Positions 28,478 to 38,499 of a stretch of DNA of 64,000 nucleotides are shown one piece after another (positions within the stretch are counted from its first letter, which is position 1; each line of letters starts with the position of its first letter). The DNA is taken from IMG/VR virus record IMGVR_UViG_3300036715_002359, positions 1-64,000 of that record; one strand, written 5' to 3'. Source of the DNA: a virus. The translations under genes and the position numbers were made by a program. The notes below the pieces were generated by a model. That model was given only the letters and a program-made list of their open reading frames with translations. It had not been told where the DNA came from and made no database searches.

Positions 28478-28905
28478 TATCTTGTAGGGTTATTAAACTT
28501 TGGTCTAGTAACAGCCACAGGAGAAGGGGCCAGAGTAGAAGTACTCAAAGTTTTATTGATGTTGTTTAATGCAGTTAAGGACTTACGTTCTATATTAGAT
28601 TTATCTTCAGTAATTTTAGTAGCAGCTCTAGAATTATGATAATTAGCTAAGCCAAGGCCCAAACTAACTGAAGAGATCCCCACTCCTAGCTTTCCTGTTC
28701 TATCAAGATTCTTGCTCATAGCAATTTTCTCTAGGTATCTATTCACGCTTGCCCCTTTACTCATTTCTTGATACGGTCCGTCATCGCTTTGATTATATTT
28801 AAACTGTGAGTTTAAATTACCAGTAACGTCTGCGTTCGAACGAATTTCTTCAGCGTAAGAACCTAACGCTAATTTAGTAGAAGTTTCTGGTAGTTCTGTT
28901 TTCAT
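28477..28905 (-). CDS. Internal head protein with NRYLEKIA motif
   Basis: Shared motif plus a hydrophobic segment. Confidence 0.65.
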   Translation of the reverse strand: MKTELPETSTKLALGSYAEEIRSNADVTGNLNSQFKYNQSDDGPYQEMSKGASVNRYLEKIAMSKNLDRTGKLGVGISSVSLGLGLANYHNSRAATKITEDKSNIERKSLTALNNINKTLSTSTLAPSPVAVTRPKFNNPTR

Positions 28906-28919
28906 CTGTCAATTATATA

Positions 28920-29450
28920 TTATGTATACGATTTTGGCGAGAACGTTGTGTTATCTTTGTAACGACCTTCTAACTCAGTAAGAGTTTTGATAGTCATTGG
29001 GTCAATACTTTCCCCCTGAATAGCATTAGCTAAAACTGAACTTAACAAATTAGGATCAGTTGCAACGTTAGGAGCAAATTTGAACATTGTTTCGGCGTAT
29101 TCACGAACTTTGTTTTTATTAGCTTCTTTAACAATACGGTTAGTGGCTATAACTTTTTCTAGTGAAATTAAGAATTTAGTGTGTAGATTATTGTTGTTAA
29201 CAATTCCAGCCAAGCTCCCAACACTTTGAATACCTGCAGCCATAAGAATACCACCAACTCCCTCACCCAGAGCTTTACCAAAACCTACTTGTAAAGAAGT
29301 CCCTATAGTGCGAGTACCTCCACCTGTAGGAGTAGAATTTCTAGCTCTTGTAGTCATAGCGGCCTTAACAAAGCCTACTACAAAATCTGCTTGAGCTTGG
29401 GCATCATCAACATATTTCTCTGCTGCGACTGCGTGTAATTTTTCTAACAT
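28920..29450 (-). CDS. Hypothetical virion protein
   Basis: AAAGG RBS before MLEKL; FAP-VA-DPN motif. Confidence 0.7.
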   Translation of the reverse strand: MLEKLHAVAAEKYVDDAQAQADFVVGFVKAAMTTRARNSTPTGGGTRTIGTSLQVGFGKALGEGVGGILMAAGIQSVGSLAGIVNNNNLHTKFLISLEKVIATNRIVKEANKNKVREYAETMFKFAPNVATDPNLLSSVLANAIQGESIDPMTIKTLTELEGRYKDNTTFSPKSYT

Positions 29451-29461
29451 TATTTTACCTT

Positions 29462-30535
29462 TTAGTTTTGACGTTGTAGAGTGTCCCAAGCATCTCTGCT
29501 TCCACCCGTGTCTTTATTTTTTCCTGGAGAATAAACGGCAGCATCAGTAGCAGCCAAAAGTCCAGTTCCTAGAACAGCACCTACACCAACTTTTTTAGCA
29601 GTTGGGGATAAAGGAATTTTACCTAATCCTTCTCGAATTTTGTTAGTAGTAGGCAAGACTTTGTTAACCATATTGCTACTGGTATTTTTAATGGCTTGGC
29701 CCATTGTTTTAGCTACAGCACTCACAGGAGTACTTATAGTTTTACCTATGCCAGTGCCAAACATTTGAACACCTTTACCAATGATACTAGCAATACCTGC
29801 TTGCTTAACTAAATTGGCTCGGGTTTGTAATTCTTCTTTTTCTTTGATACCTGCTGAAACTTCTTGAGCTTCTTTAACCAGTGCTTGAACTTTCTTTACA
29901 GATTGTAATTCAGCTTCTTTAAAGATACCAGTATTAGATTGATTAATAACTTCGCCATAAACCAATTTGGTCAGTAAAGCTAAATCACGACCCTCAAATG
30001 CAGCAGCTAATTTTTCTAATCCTTGAGGATCAGCTTTAATAACACCAGCAGCTTTAAATAGTTCAGGAACAATAGTAATACTACGATCTTTTAGCTGCTC
30101 TAACTGCAGGGCATTTTCAGAAGCCATTTTCAAAAAGTAAACTTGTTGTTCAGCAGCGACTAAATCTTTTGCCATCTTACAAGCTTCTTCTTGGGAATTA
30201 AGAGGCAATCTACCATCTTCTTGTAGAGGTGCAGCGATTCTAGCAGCTGTGGCAATTTTACTCATACTGAAATCTTCAGGAAGTGCTACTGCTCTCATGA
30301 CCTCAGCATATTTACACAATGGAAATTCCACTGTACGATCAGCTGACATTTCTAATACTTTTAAATATGCAATAGAGTTAGTTGCCTCTACTGCACGATG
30401 AATTTGTTCTGAGTTCATTTCGTAAGCAGCAGCTTGTTTAGCAAGACCTTGGCTTAATGGAATTTTGTCATTTAGAAATGACTCAACGCTTTTAACGGAG
30501 ATATCTCTAATTTGATCGCTTGAAATTAATGGCAT
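29462..30535 (-). CDS. Hypothetical virion protein with many K-x-A sites
   Basis: Long ORF in head cluster. Confidence 0.75.
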   Translation of the reverse strand: MPLISSDQIRDISVKSVESFLNDKIPLSQGLAKQAAAYEMNSEQIHRAVEATNSIAYLKVLEMSADRTVEFPLCKYAEVMRAVALPEDFSMSKIATAARIAAPLQEDGRLPLNSQEEACKMAKDLVAAEQQVYFLKMASENALQLEQLKDRSITIVPELFKAAGVIKADPQGLEKLAAAFEGRDLALLTKLVYGEVINQSNTGIFKEAELQSVKKVQALVKEAQEVSAGIKEKEELQTRANLVKQAGIASIIGKGVQMFGTGIGKTISTPVSAVAKTMGQAIKNTSSNMVNKVLPTTNKIREGLGKIPLSPTAKKVGVGAVLGTGLLAATDAAVYSPGKNKDTGGSRDAWDTLQRQN

Positions 30536-30543
30536 GTCTAATC

Positions 30544-30747
30544 CTATTTATAATTCTTATGATTTATTTTAGCCGTGAATTTACGCAGTTTAGGCTTCTT
30601 GATCCGTTTAGGACGATGAACCGATCTTTCACTTCTTGGAGATTCCGGTGGACGTAACAACATACAAACTTTAGTTAAATATCTGTTTTCCGTTGGTTCA
30701 TCCAATTCTTCTCTTAGTTCCGAAATTTTCTCTAATAATTTACTCAT
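30544..30747 (-). CDS. Small basic protein (NRYLTKV variant motif)
   Basis: ORF in head cluster. Confidence 0.55.
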   Translation of the reverse strand: MSKLLEKISELREELDEPTENRYLTKVCMLLRPPESPRSERSVHRPKRIKKPKLRKFTAKINHKNYK

Positions 30748-30752
30748 AATAT

Positions 30753-31100
30753 TCAGGTAGGTATTATATGGTCATTATGTACTTCTTCATTTAATTCTAA
30801 AGATAATTTATAACAAAATTCATAACTTTGTTTTATCTTTATTAAATCTGCCCATAATGGTGTTCTTTGTTTTATGTAATCAGTTCTTAATTTATATTTA
30901 TGATGATAATAGGGTTTATTATTAAGGTAATGATTTCTAAATAATATTTTTGCTTTTTCAGTATTTTCTTTATGTTTATTTTTAGATCTAAGATTTACAC
31001 ATTGTATACCTGATATACCACTAAGGTATCTTTCACAAATATGACCATTGGGGCAAGGTGTTCCTGTGAAATATTTTTTATTCCTTTGGTTTTAGCTTCT
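30753..31100 (-). pseudogene. Degraded HNH endonuclease
   Basis: Fragments in different frames: EAKTKG / KYFTGTPCPNGH-CERY / KQRTPLWAD / HNDHIIP*. Confidence 0.75.
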
Positions 31101-31103
31101 TCT

Positions 31104-31742
31104 TTAGTTATTAACATCTAGACTATCTAACCCCTCAAAATCAGGAACTACTTCACTAAGAGCGATTTCTAAATCCTTACGAGCAGCTGCATTATCTAGA
31201 ACCCAAAGTTTAAGAAGACGAGCGATGTCAAGTGATAACTTAACCCATTTAGTGCTTTCTTTACTAGCTTCTGAAACATTGCCATTAAACATAGCTTCTT
31301 TGGCTTTATAATGACAAGTAGTAAATAGGTTTTGTAATCCGTCAATAGGAGAAATGTTTACTTCTTTTCCTAAACGCCAGGCAATAAAATCTAAGCCTTG
31401 AGACAAAGCCCATAGCTTTAGTAAACCTTCATTTTTATCGTGACAGTTTAACAACTCCATTTTAGAAAGCTTATCTAATCCAGTTACTTCGTAGAATACA
31501 TCTCTGTACATCGTTAGGACATCCAGAGGTATTTCTATAAGATCAGATATTTTCTGTAGGTCACCAGAAGTCAAAAGGGAACTTTCAACGTAACCCTTTT
31601 TCAGTGGACTTTCATTTATCTTCTTCGCTGCTGCATAGAGGATAGCCTCGGCACAGGTCTCATCTTTTAGAATTTTATCTACTAGTGGATCCTGGCCAAG
31701 GGTCTTTTTACGTAAAAGAATTCCTCTAGCATTTACAGGCAT
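31104..31742 (-). CDS. Hypothetical protein
   Basis: 212-aa ORF in late cluster. Confidence 0.75.
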   Translation of the reverse strand: MPVNARGILLRKKTLGQDPLVDKILKDETCAEAILYAAAKKINESPLKKGYVESSLLTSGDLQKISDLIEIPLDVLTMYRDVFYEVTGLDKLSKMELLNCHDKNEGLLKLWALSQGLDFIAWRLGKEVNISPIDGLQNLFTTCHYKAKEAMFNGNVSEASKESTKWVKLSLDIARLLKLWVLDNAAARKDLEIALSEVVPDFEGLDSLDVNN

Positions 31743-31751
31743 TTCGTTCTA

Positions 31752-33620
31752 TTATTTCTTTTCTGGTTTAATAGCTAACATTTCTTGTAATTTTAAGAAG
31801 TTGTCACCTAGCATACGATACACTGCTTTCAACGAAGCCAAGAATGCGAACACTCCGTCTGCATCATTATTTTCAGCAAGTTCACTTATATTAACACGAG
31901 CTAAGAAAAGAGTACGACCTAGTTTATCCATACATTCTTCGATATCTGGTAGGTATTCTTCTATCAACTCGTACATGTCTGGTGTTTGTAACAATTCAGA
32001 AATGATAGTGACTTCAGCCGTTTGTGCATCACCAAGTTTTAAAGCATTGGTAACGTTAGGCATGAAAGAACCATTTAATCCAACCTTAGGAGCAGGATTC
32101 ATTTCTTGGCCATACTTAGGAATTTCTGCTGGTTTAAAGCTAGTATCTCCTGCACGTTTAGTTAGGTAAATTTTTGTGTATCCACGTTCAGCTGCTTGTT
32201 TAATAAACGTTTTAGCCAGACTAGGATCAATACCTTCTTCTGCTGCGAGTTTGTTCATCATAGCATGTTCACCACCAATTGGTAATCCATTAACAGAATA
32301 TTCGATACCATCAAATCCGATATCAAGTTGTTCACCAAGTATACCGGCTTCAGTAATTTCACGAGTTTTAGCAGCTGAGTTTACTGAACGTTCCAGCAGA
32401 CCTGTTATAGAATCTTTAAGTTTTAACACTAAAGATGAGTACGGCATGTAAATTGTTTTACCCTGAGCTTGAGGACGTAATCCATAATTACGATATGCTA
32501 ATAGTGTGTAAGAACCATAAGGAATACCTCCACGAGCTGAGGCTTGGATTTCAATGCCTAAATTAGTGATAGTAACTCTATGTGCATTGAAAACGCCCAA
32601 TAGTTCAGCGTCACCACTAATAACAGCAAAAGTGTCACCAACGCTTACATCTGCTGGAAGTACTGGAGGTAGATTACCAAAGATACTTTCTAGCACTTCT
32701 GTGCGATCGAGTTTGGCACCTACAGTTACAAATGAATCAGAAATAGCGTAATCACCATTAGCGAATAGAGCAACACTATCACGCTTAGCAGCACCATTAA
32801 CCCCAACATCCATAGCTTTTGGAATAAATGCTTCACGGCTAGAACCATTTGAAAACATAACTTCATGATCACTATTACCGTCAATTTCAGTTACAGAAGT
32901 AAATTTATTGTCATCATACGATTGTGACGATATGGCAATACGACGAGTAGGCTGAGTTCCAGAAACGTGGAAACCATCGTTTAGAATAGACGAAATTTGT
33001 TCTGCTGATAGATTAGTAGCGGCACCAGTAACAATAGAGATCGGTGAGGCGTTAGTAACTGCAGCTAAAGATTGTACTTTAGGAGTTAGGGCTGCAAAAA
33101 TATCTTGAAGTGAAAATAGTTTGTGTAATTTTTCATACACTGATTTTTCTTCAGCAATTTTTTCAAGAGTAAATGTTTTCAGATAATTAGGCATTGATTC
33201 CAAAAAATCACCTAAACGAGAAGCCGAAGCGTACACGAATTTACCTGTACGTGGCGGATTAATCATCTTAGTTACATCAGGGTTTTGATTAACTATTGCT
33301 GGAATTTTACTTGGCTTACCTTGAGTTAACTTACTAGACGTGATAATCATGTCTGTAGTTTTTTTAGTAATAGGGAAGAATTTGCCCTTTGAAGCAAAGA
33401 AAATAGAATCTACTGGATAGACATTATCCATTTTAGAAATCACAGGAACATAAAAAATTTCGTTGCCGACACGTAGCACGAAAACTCCGACTTTAATATC
33501 AGATTCATTTTTCAAATCTTCTGTAACATCTTTGAAAGTTACGATAGAGCTACCTAGTTCAGGCACGGTCTGAAGTAGTTTTGCCAGTGCTACTGAATAG
33601 AAATCGAATTCTTGTTCCAC
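31752..33620 (-). CDS. Hypothetical virion protein
   Basis: 622-aa ORF; AAGGA RBS; K-x-A sites. Confidence 0.8.
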   Translation of the reverse strand: MEQEFDFYSVALAKLLQTVPELGSSIVTFKDVTEDLKNESDIKVGVFVLRVGNEIFYVPVISKMDNVYPVDSIFFASKGKFFPITKKTTDMIITSSKLTQGKPSKIPAIVNQNPDVTKMINPPRTGKFVYASASRLGDFLESMPNYLKTFTLEKIAEEKSVYEKLHKLFSLQDIFAALTPKVQSLAAVTNASPISIVTGAATNLSAEQISSILNDGFHVSGTQPTRRIAISSQSYDDNKFTSVTEIDGNSDHEVMFSNGSSREAFIPKAMDVGVNGAAKRDSVALFANGDYAISDSFVTVGAKLDRTEVLESIFGNLPPVLPADVSVGDTFAVISGDAELLGVFNAHRVTITNLGIEIQASARGGIPYGSYTLLAYRNYGLRPQAQGKTIYMPYSSLVLKLKDSITGLLERSVNSAAKTREITEAGILGEQLDIGFDGIEYSVNGLPIGGEHAMMNKLAAEEGIDPSLAKTFIKQAAERGYTKIYLTKRAGDTSFKPAEIPKYGQEMNPAPKVGLNGSFMPNVTNALKLGDAQTAEVTIISELLQTPDMYELIEEYLPDIEECMDKLGRTLFLARVNISELAENNDADGVFAFLASLKAVYRMLGDNFLKLQEMLAIKPEKK

Positions 33621-33700
33621 GTAAATTAATCCTTAAAGTATAGAAGTATTTTAATCTCCGTATCGAAGATTACTTATTTTACTATATAAACTGAAAACTA

Positions 33701-34501
33701 TCAACAACCAGCTATTGATAAGTTATTTCCGCTTGCTATAGTTTGTGCCGGTCCTGTTGGAGAAGCGTTATTAGCTACAGCCTGTCCACTGCTTTCTGTT
33801 ACTGGTAATCCTGTGGGTCCTTGCCCGTTATTAGCTATTTTATACGCCTCTCCTCTAATTATAGAATTAGCGTAAGCCTCTGGAGTAGTACCAGGTTTAT
33901 CAGATGCTCCTAATCCTAAGTAGGCAGCAACAGCAGCGGTTAATTTATTAGAGTATGTTCCAGTTTTTACTAAACCAGGAGCAAGTTCTTTATATTTGCC
34001 TTCTAACACCACTAAAGCACATTTAATTTGTTTCTCGTACGTGTCATCCCCTAGTAGAATTGTTTCTACAGACTCTCCTGGATTCACTAAACAATCAGAA
34101 GTTATATCAGGACGTAATCGTTCCATCTCAGATTTACCACTAGGCCCAGCACCTTTTATAACATACCAACCAGTAACTTGGCCAAGCCCAAAAGCAGCGT
34201 TAGCATTAACTATATTGGTTTTTTCTAAAGCCGTTCCAGAATTATATTTGCTAGATATGGCAGAAAGTTTTAATAGTTTTTTTAAAGCGTCATCTGAGTA
34301 GCTAATTCCTCGCTTAGAAACAAAAGAACTTTCCCTGTAAATCATAGCCATCACAACATTAACTATATCTGGAGCTTGGCCTAAAGTATTAGCAAAGTTT
34401 GCTTTTAGTTGGTCAACCACTAGTTGTCTAATTATCTGCCTATTAGCAGGAGATGACACAACTTGTTTAGCCATACCATTAGAGGTATTAGTACTTACCA
34501 T
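33701..34501 (-). CDS. Lytic transglycosylase (SLT/lysozyme-like) domain protein
   Basis: AMIYRESS catalytic Glu, A-GLGQV, AAY--G motifs. Confidence 0.7.
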   Translation of the reverse strand: MVSTNTSNGMAKQVVSSPANRQIIRQLVVDQLKANFANTLGQAPDIVNVVMAMIYRESSFVSKRGISYSDDALKKLLKLSAISSKYNSGTALEKTNIVNANAAFGLGQVTGWYVIKGAGPSGKSEMERLRPDITSDCLVNPGESVETILLGDDTYEKQIKCALVVLEGKYKELAPGLVKTGTYSNKLTAAVAAYLGLGASDKPGTTPEAYANSIIRGEAYKIANNGQGPTGLPVTESSGQAVANNASPTGPAQTIASGNNLSIAGC

Positions 34502-36314
34502 CTGTAGGATCTCCGAATTCTGTACCCATCATATAAGAAGCAATAGGATCAGTTGAATGAATTGCACTCTCTTCGTTATAAGCGGCGGCATTTTCAATCG
34601 TGTCTTTAAGTTTATTAAATGACAGTTTAGATACCCAATTTTTATCTAGTAACTTAGCAGTTTGTAAACCAGGAACAATAGGAGTTACTCTAAGTTTAGA
34701 TGAGGATACATCTACTTTAGTAATACCTTTTTCTTTTAATTCCTGAACGTGGTTATAGTCTAATAGAGTACCTGGAGTTAAATCCAATACTCCTTTAGCT
34801 AAAACTTTGCCTTCAGCATCGTCAATATCGACTACCTTTTGATGCCCAATAAGATATTTAGCAATAACATCCACATTAAGTTTATCGCCTGGTAGAAATC
34901 CAGTTTCACCCGGATCTATCACTTGTACGTATTTGATAAGGTTACGTGCAATCAATTCAAAGTGACGAGGGTCTAATCCTCCACCATAAATGTGACGCAG
35001 TTCGTCAGCCATGTATTTACGGCCAGCACCCATACCACGTAGATGTACTAGTTTACGAGGATTTATAACTCCAGTAGATATGCGATCACCTTGTTTAACA
35101 TGGTCACCAGCTTTAACTACCAATTCTTGATTAATGGGAACGAAGTGTTTTTGTCCTTCGATGTATACGTTATGATCACCTAGAGGGGTTTTAACAATTG
35201 ACTCAACAAGGCCATTAACATTAGAAATAGTAGCTTCATCTTTAAAATTCTCAGATGGATTCATAAGAATATTAGAAGCTTGTTCGTAAGCATTACCCTT
35301 ACGTTCACCAACTGTGGCTCTGTGTTTGGTTGATAACATAGCCTGTGTCAAAACTTCAGTTACATATTGAGCGGCTATGACCCCAACGTTTTCACCAATA
35401 TTAGGCATTTTACCATTAGCCATTAGTCCGAAACATTTTTTACAAACTCCGTCTGGAGCTTCACAAGTCATAGAACTACGGACTTTAACTTCTTTCTTTC
35501 CAGAGTTTGCAAGTTCAGCTTGATAGTCTTGTGTAATTTCTCTATTAGTTCCAGCCTCAAATCTTCCTGTAACAGATTTTTTATCTGAAACATCTTTCAT
35601 GATACCGTTCTTAGTTCCACAATCATCTATTGTAATGGTTTCGTGAAATACGGTTGGAGATAACTTCTTGAACAAGGCACCAGGAAGGGCTGTGGAGAGC
35701 TGTGCTAACACTGTTGAGGCCCTACCCATGTAACTCATGGCAAGATGCTCAGCGGGGCTCATACCCTCTGCAAATGAATGTTTGATAACAATAGGGAGTA
35801 ACTCACCTTTAATGTTTGAAGACATCAATGGAGTTGAAGTACCAACGGCTAATTGTTTAGGATTACCACGAGCACCAGTGTTAGCCATCATAGCTGCAAC
35901 TGATCCTTTACCTAATAAATAGTCCAGATTTTGTTTTTCAATCATACCATTATACTTACCGGTAAGATTTGTCAAAGCATTATTAAGTTCAACTTTATTT
36001 TTTGTTTTTTCTTTTAAGTCTTTAACTTTATAGTCGAATTCTTTAATGATAGCTTGACGTTCATCAGAGTCATTCATGTAATCCGAAAGAGGGGTACTCG
36101 CTCCAATTTCGGTAGCTTTATTAAAGAATTGCTGGCCAAGATTATTAATATGTTCGTGAGCTTCGTCTCCCCCATGCTCTAACAACATATTGACGAGGTT
36201 GGACATTCCACCTTTATCTAAACGACGATGGATATCAAATCGGTTTTTCGATTCTTCGGTAGGCATTCCATGCTTTAAAAGCAATGCACCGGCAGTAGTT
36301 AGTTTTTCGCTCAT
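34488..36314 (-). CDS. rpoC: Phage RNA polymerase beta' subunit, C-terminal part
   Basis: GARG, SF-EG-S--E, DCGT, VRS--TC----GVC--C-G, GENVGVIAAQ---E--TQ (trigger loop). Confidence 0.92.
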   Translation of the reverse strand: MSEKLTTAGALLLKHGMPTEESKNRFDIHRRLDKGGMSNLVNMLLEHGGDEAHEHINNLGQQFFNKATEIGASTPLSDYMNDSDERQAIIKEFDYKVKDLKEKTKNKVELNNALTNLTGKYNGMIEKQNLDYLLGKGSVAAMMANTGARGNPKQLAVGTSTPLMSSNIKGELLPIVIKHSFAEGMSPAEHLAMSYMGRASTVLAQLSTALPGALFKKLSPTVFHETITIDDCGTKNGIMKDVSDKKSVTGRFEAGTNREITQDYQAELANSGKKEVKVRSSMTCEAPDGVCKKCFGLMANGKMPNIGENVGVIAAQYVTEVLTQAMLSTKHRATVGERKGNAYEQASNILMNPSENFKDEATISNVNGLVESIVKTPLGDHNVYIEGQKHFVPINQELVVKAGDHVKQGDRISTGVINPRKLVHLRGMGAGRKYMADELRHIYGGGLDPRHFELIARNLIKYVQVIDPGETGFLPGDKLNVDVIAKYLIGHQKVVDIDDAEGKVLAKGVLDLTPGTLLDYNHVQELKEKGITKVDVSSSKLRVTPIVPGLQTAKLLDKNWVSKLSFNKLKDTIENAAAYNEESAIHSTDPIASYMMGTEFGDPTDGKY

Positions 36315-36318
36315 GTTA

Positions 36319-36770
36319 CTATTTTAGAAGTTGTTGTTTGGAATTTCTTGGCTTACCCATTTTTGGTATAGATACTTTTCTTTTATGTTCCTCTGAATGT
36401 TTTCTACCTTTATTACCATTTTCTTTTTTAGGTCCTATAATTTTTTCTTTTTTGAGGTATACTCTTCCAGATTTTAGTAAAGATTCAGAAATTTTTAGCT
36501 TTTGTTCCTCTGACTATTATTATATGCTTTATTTCCTCCGGACATAACTGTAGCAGCAAAAATTATTCCTAAATGACTAGGATATAATTTTATTAATAAT
36601 TGATGTGCCACGTAATGTTCTTCAGTAGTTAATGAAACTAAATTTTCTAAATCATTAGACCCTCTTAGGCATTTAGGAATGGTATGATATTTTTCAGTGT
36701 CAACTTCTTTTGACAAATTTCTATTTTTTGCTTTAACTATTAATCTGTCGTATATAATTTTATAATTCAT
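36319..36770 (-). pseudogene. Frameshifted HNH endonuclease with NUMOD3 repeats
   Basis: H-IPKC--GS---NLV-LT-EEH--AH in 36495-36770; SEEQKLKIS and GRKHSEEHKRKVS continue in another frame. Confidence 0.8.
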
Positions 36771-36862
36771 ATTTCAATTTTACACTATCGTAGACGTTTA
36801 TGGTATAAGTAAAGTGGGAGAAAACGTTGTATCCCGATTTTACAATCCACAGGAGAAGTAAC

Positions 36863-37018
36863 ATGACGGTAGATGAATTTAACAATCAGCCCAGGCCAAC
36901 TTTTGATCAACGAGTAAAATTTCCTATAAAACAGGAGATGATTCGTTCATCCAATGTTAAGCCTCGTCCATTTGTCCCGCAACTTATGACATTACTCGGT
37001 AATGCTCGAAGGGGATAA
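36863..37018 (+). CDS. Small hypothetical protein
   Basis: CCACAGGAGA RBS before ATG 36863; promoter variant 36800-36809. Confidence 0.6.
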   Translation: MTVDEFNNQPRPTFDQRVKFPIKQEMIRSSNVKPRPFVPQLMTLLGNARRG

Positions 37019-37020
37019 AA

Positions 37021-37302
37021 ATGAGCCACTCCAATCAATCAGCATCAGAATTAAAGACTTTTGCTTTCAGATGTGAGTGGATTGACAAATCCAATAATCC
37101 TGACGGATTTACCTATGCAATAACAGGTAAGGATTTGGAGGAAGAAATAATTCGTCGTCAGAACCGATGCGGCGGTAAAGCTATTAAAAGAAAAGTAGTT
37201 CTGGTGCGATATCCATTCTGGGAAATGATAAAGTCCAGGAAAGTACCGGTATATTCCACAGTCGAGGGTAAACACCCCGACGATGTAGAAAAGTTCATTT
37301 AA
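37021..37302 (+). CDS. Hypothetical protein
   Basis: GGGGA RBS. Confidence 0.65.
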   Translation: MSHSNQSASELKTFAFRCEWIDKSNNPDGFTYAITGKDLEEEIIRRQNRCGGKAIKRKVVLVRYPFWEMIKSRKVPVYSTVEGKHPDDVEKFI

Positions 37303-37330
37303 TAACCTGTAATATAACTTGGAGTAAAGT

Positions 37331-37918
37331 ATGACTAACAAAACCAAACCTTTGCAAAGCATTCGTGCTCGTATCTTTCTCGTACTTTCCTCTCAGCCAT
37401 TGAAAGAATGGGGAATTTCCGAAATTAAAACGGTGCTGGCCGCAGAAGGTTATAACCCATCTTCTGTAAAACCAGCAATCATGAAGATGTACAACGAAAA
37501 CCTCGTCACTATCGCTTCTGGCGGTGGCCGTGGTAATCCGTACTTGTTCAAACCAGTACATGGTGCCCCGGTTCCTATCGATGACAAAGGTTACAAACCA
37601 CGTGCTAATCGCAAGACCAAGCACATCACCAAGGTCAGCAAAATGGCTCGTAAGGTTAAGGCTGAAGTTGCCAAAACCAACAAAACAATCCGTGAAGGCA
37701 AGGCACCAGTGCTGACACCTATTATAAAGTCTGTACCAATTGATAAAAAAGTGCATTCTCAAATAATTGGTATCTTGGCTGATGGTGTGGTTTCGGTGAA
37801 GGACATTAACCCTAACGTCCCGTACCTGTTGTACCATGGCAAAATAATGCCGTTGGCCGAAGTCAAAGAAATCCTCAAACAATGGGAAGTTCTGACCGAG
37901 GCATTGAAAGGCTTGTAA
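37331..37918 (+). CDS. Basic DNA-binding protein (winged-helix-like)
   Basis: I---L...SEI...SSVK-A--KM----LV----G; Lys-rich linker. Confidence 0.6.
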   Translation: MTNKTKPLQSIRARIFLVLSSQPLKEWGISEIKTVLAAEGYNPSSVKPAIMKMYNENLVTIASGGGRGNPYLFKPVHGAPVPIDDKGYKPRANRKTKHITKVSKMARKVKAEVAKTNKTIREGKAPVLTPIIKSVPIDKKVHSQIIGILADGVVSVKDINPNVPYLLYHGKIMPLAEVKEILKQWEVLTEALKGL

Positions 37919-37933
37919 CTTAACGAGGTAATC

Positions 37934-38122
37934 ATGGCCAAAAAAGACATTCGGTATCAACTTGGTGAAGTATGTAAGTGGTCAAGAGACCACCAGGTAG
38001 TGTTCCGCTATGTGGACATTTATCAGTCTAACCAAACAACTTCTAGTTTGAGTCATCAGACTATTTCCCTTCCAGAAGAAGAGGCTCGTAAGTTAGTTAA
38101 TTACATGGCCAATTCTCGTTGA
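37934..38122 (+). CDS. Hypothetical protein
   Basis: GAGG RBS; terminator at ~38125-38155. Confidence 0.6.
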   Translation: MAKKDIRYQLGEVCKWSRDHQVVFRYVDIYQSNQTTSSLSHQTISLPEEEARKLVNYMANSR

Positions 38123-38216
38123 ATTAAAACGGCGCTCTTATAGGCCGTTTTTTTAGTTTCATTAAATCGTTTGTATTTGGTAAAAGATTGATAGATACAA
38201 CCTATTTAGGAAAAAC

Positions 38217-38483
38217 ATGGAAGATGAAATCACAGAAATAACCGAAGAGTCTTCGGTGTTTATGAAACTTATGCCAGTCATTGATATATCTTTTTTAGAT
38301 ACTAATGTCGTGGGTAACGCTTTATTTTACTCAGGATATGATGAAGACGATGATTTATTATCCGATCAGTACTTTGAATGGCACATGGGTTGGAATGGAA
38401 ATGAATTCGCAAAAGCATTGAACATAGCTTTATTGGCTAAACAGGTTCCAGAAAATTCTGTTATCCTGCTGAAAATGTATTAA
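38217..38483 (+). CDS. Acidic hypothetical protein
   Basis: AGGA RBS; promoter variant TTGGTAAAAG 38177-38186. Confidence 0.65.
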   Translation: MEDEITEITEESSVFMKLMPVIDISFLDTNVVGNALFYSGYDEDDDLLSDQYFEWHMGWNGNEFAKALNIALLAKQVPENSVILLKMY

Positions 38484-38499
38484 TTATTAAGGAATATTT

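Noticed and set aside
37295-37960. 221-aa minus-strand ORF
   Set aside because: Antisense shadow of the 37331-37918 gene, which has an RBS and operon context.
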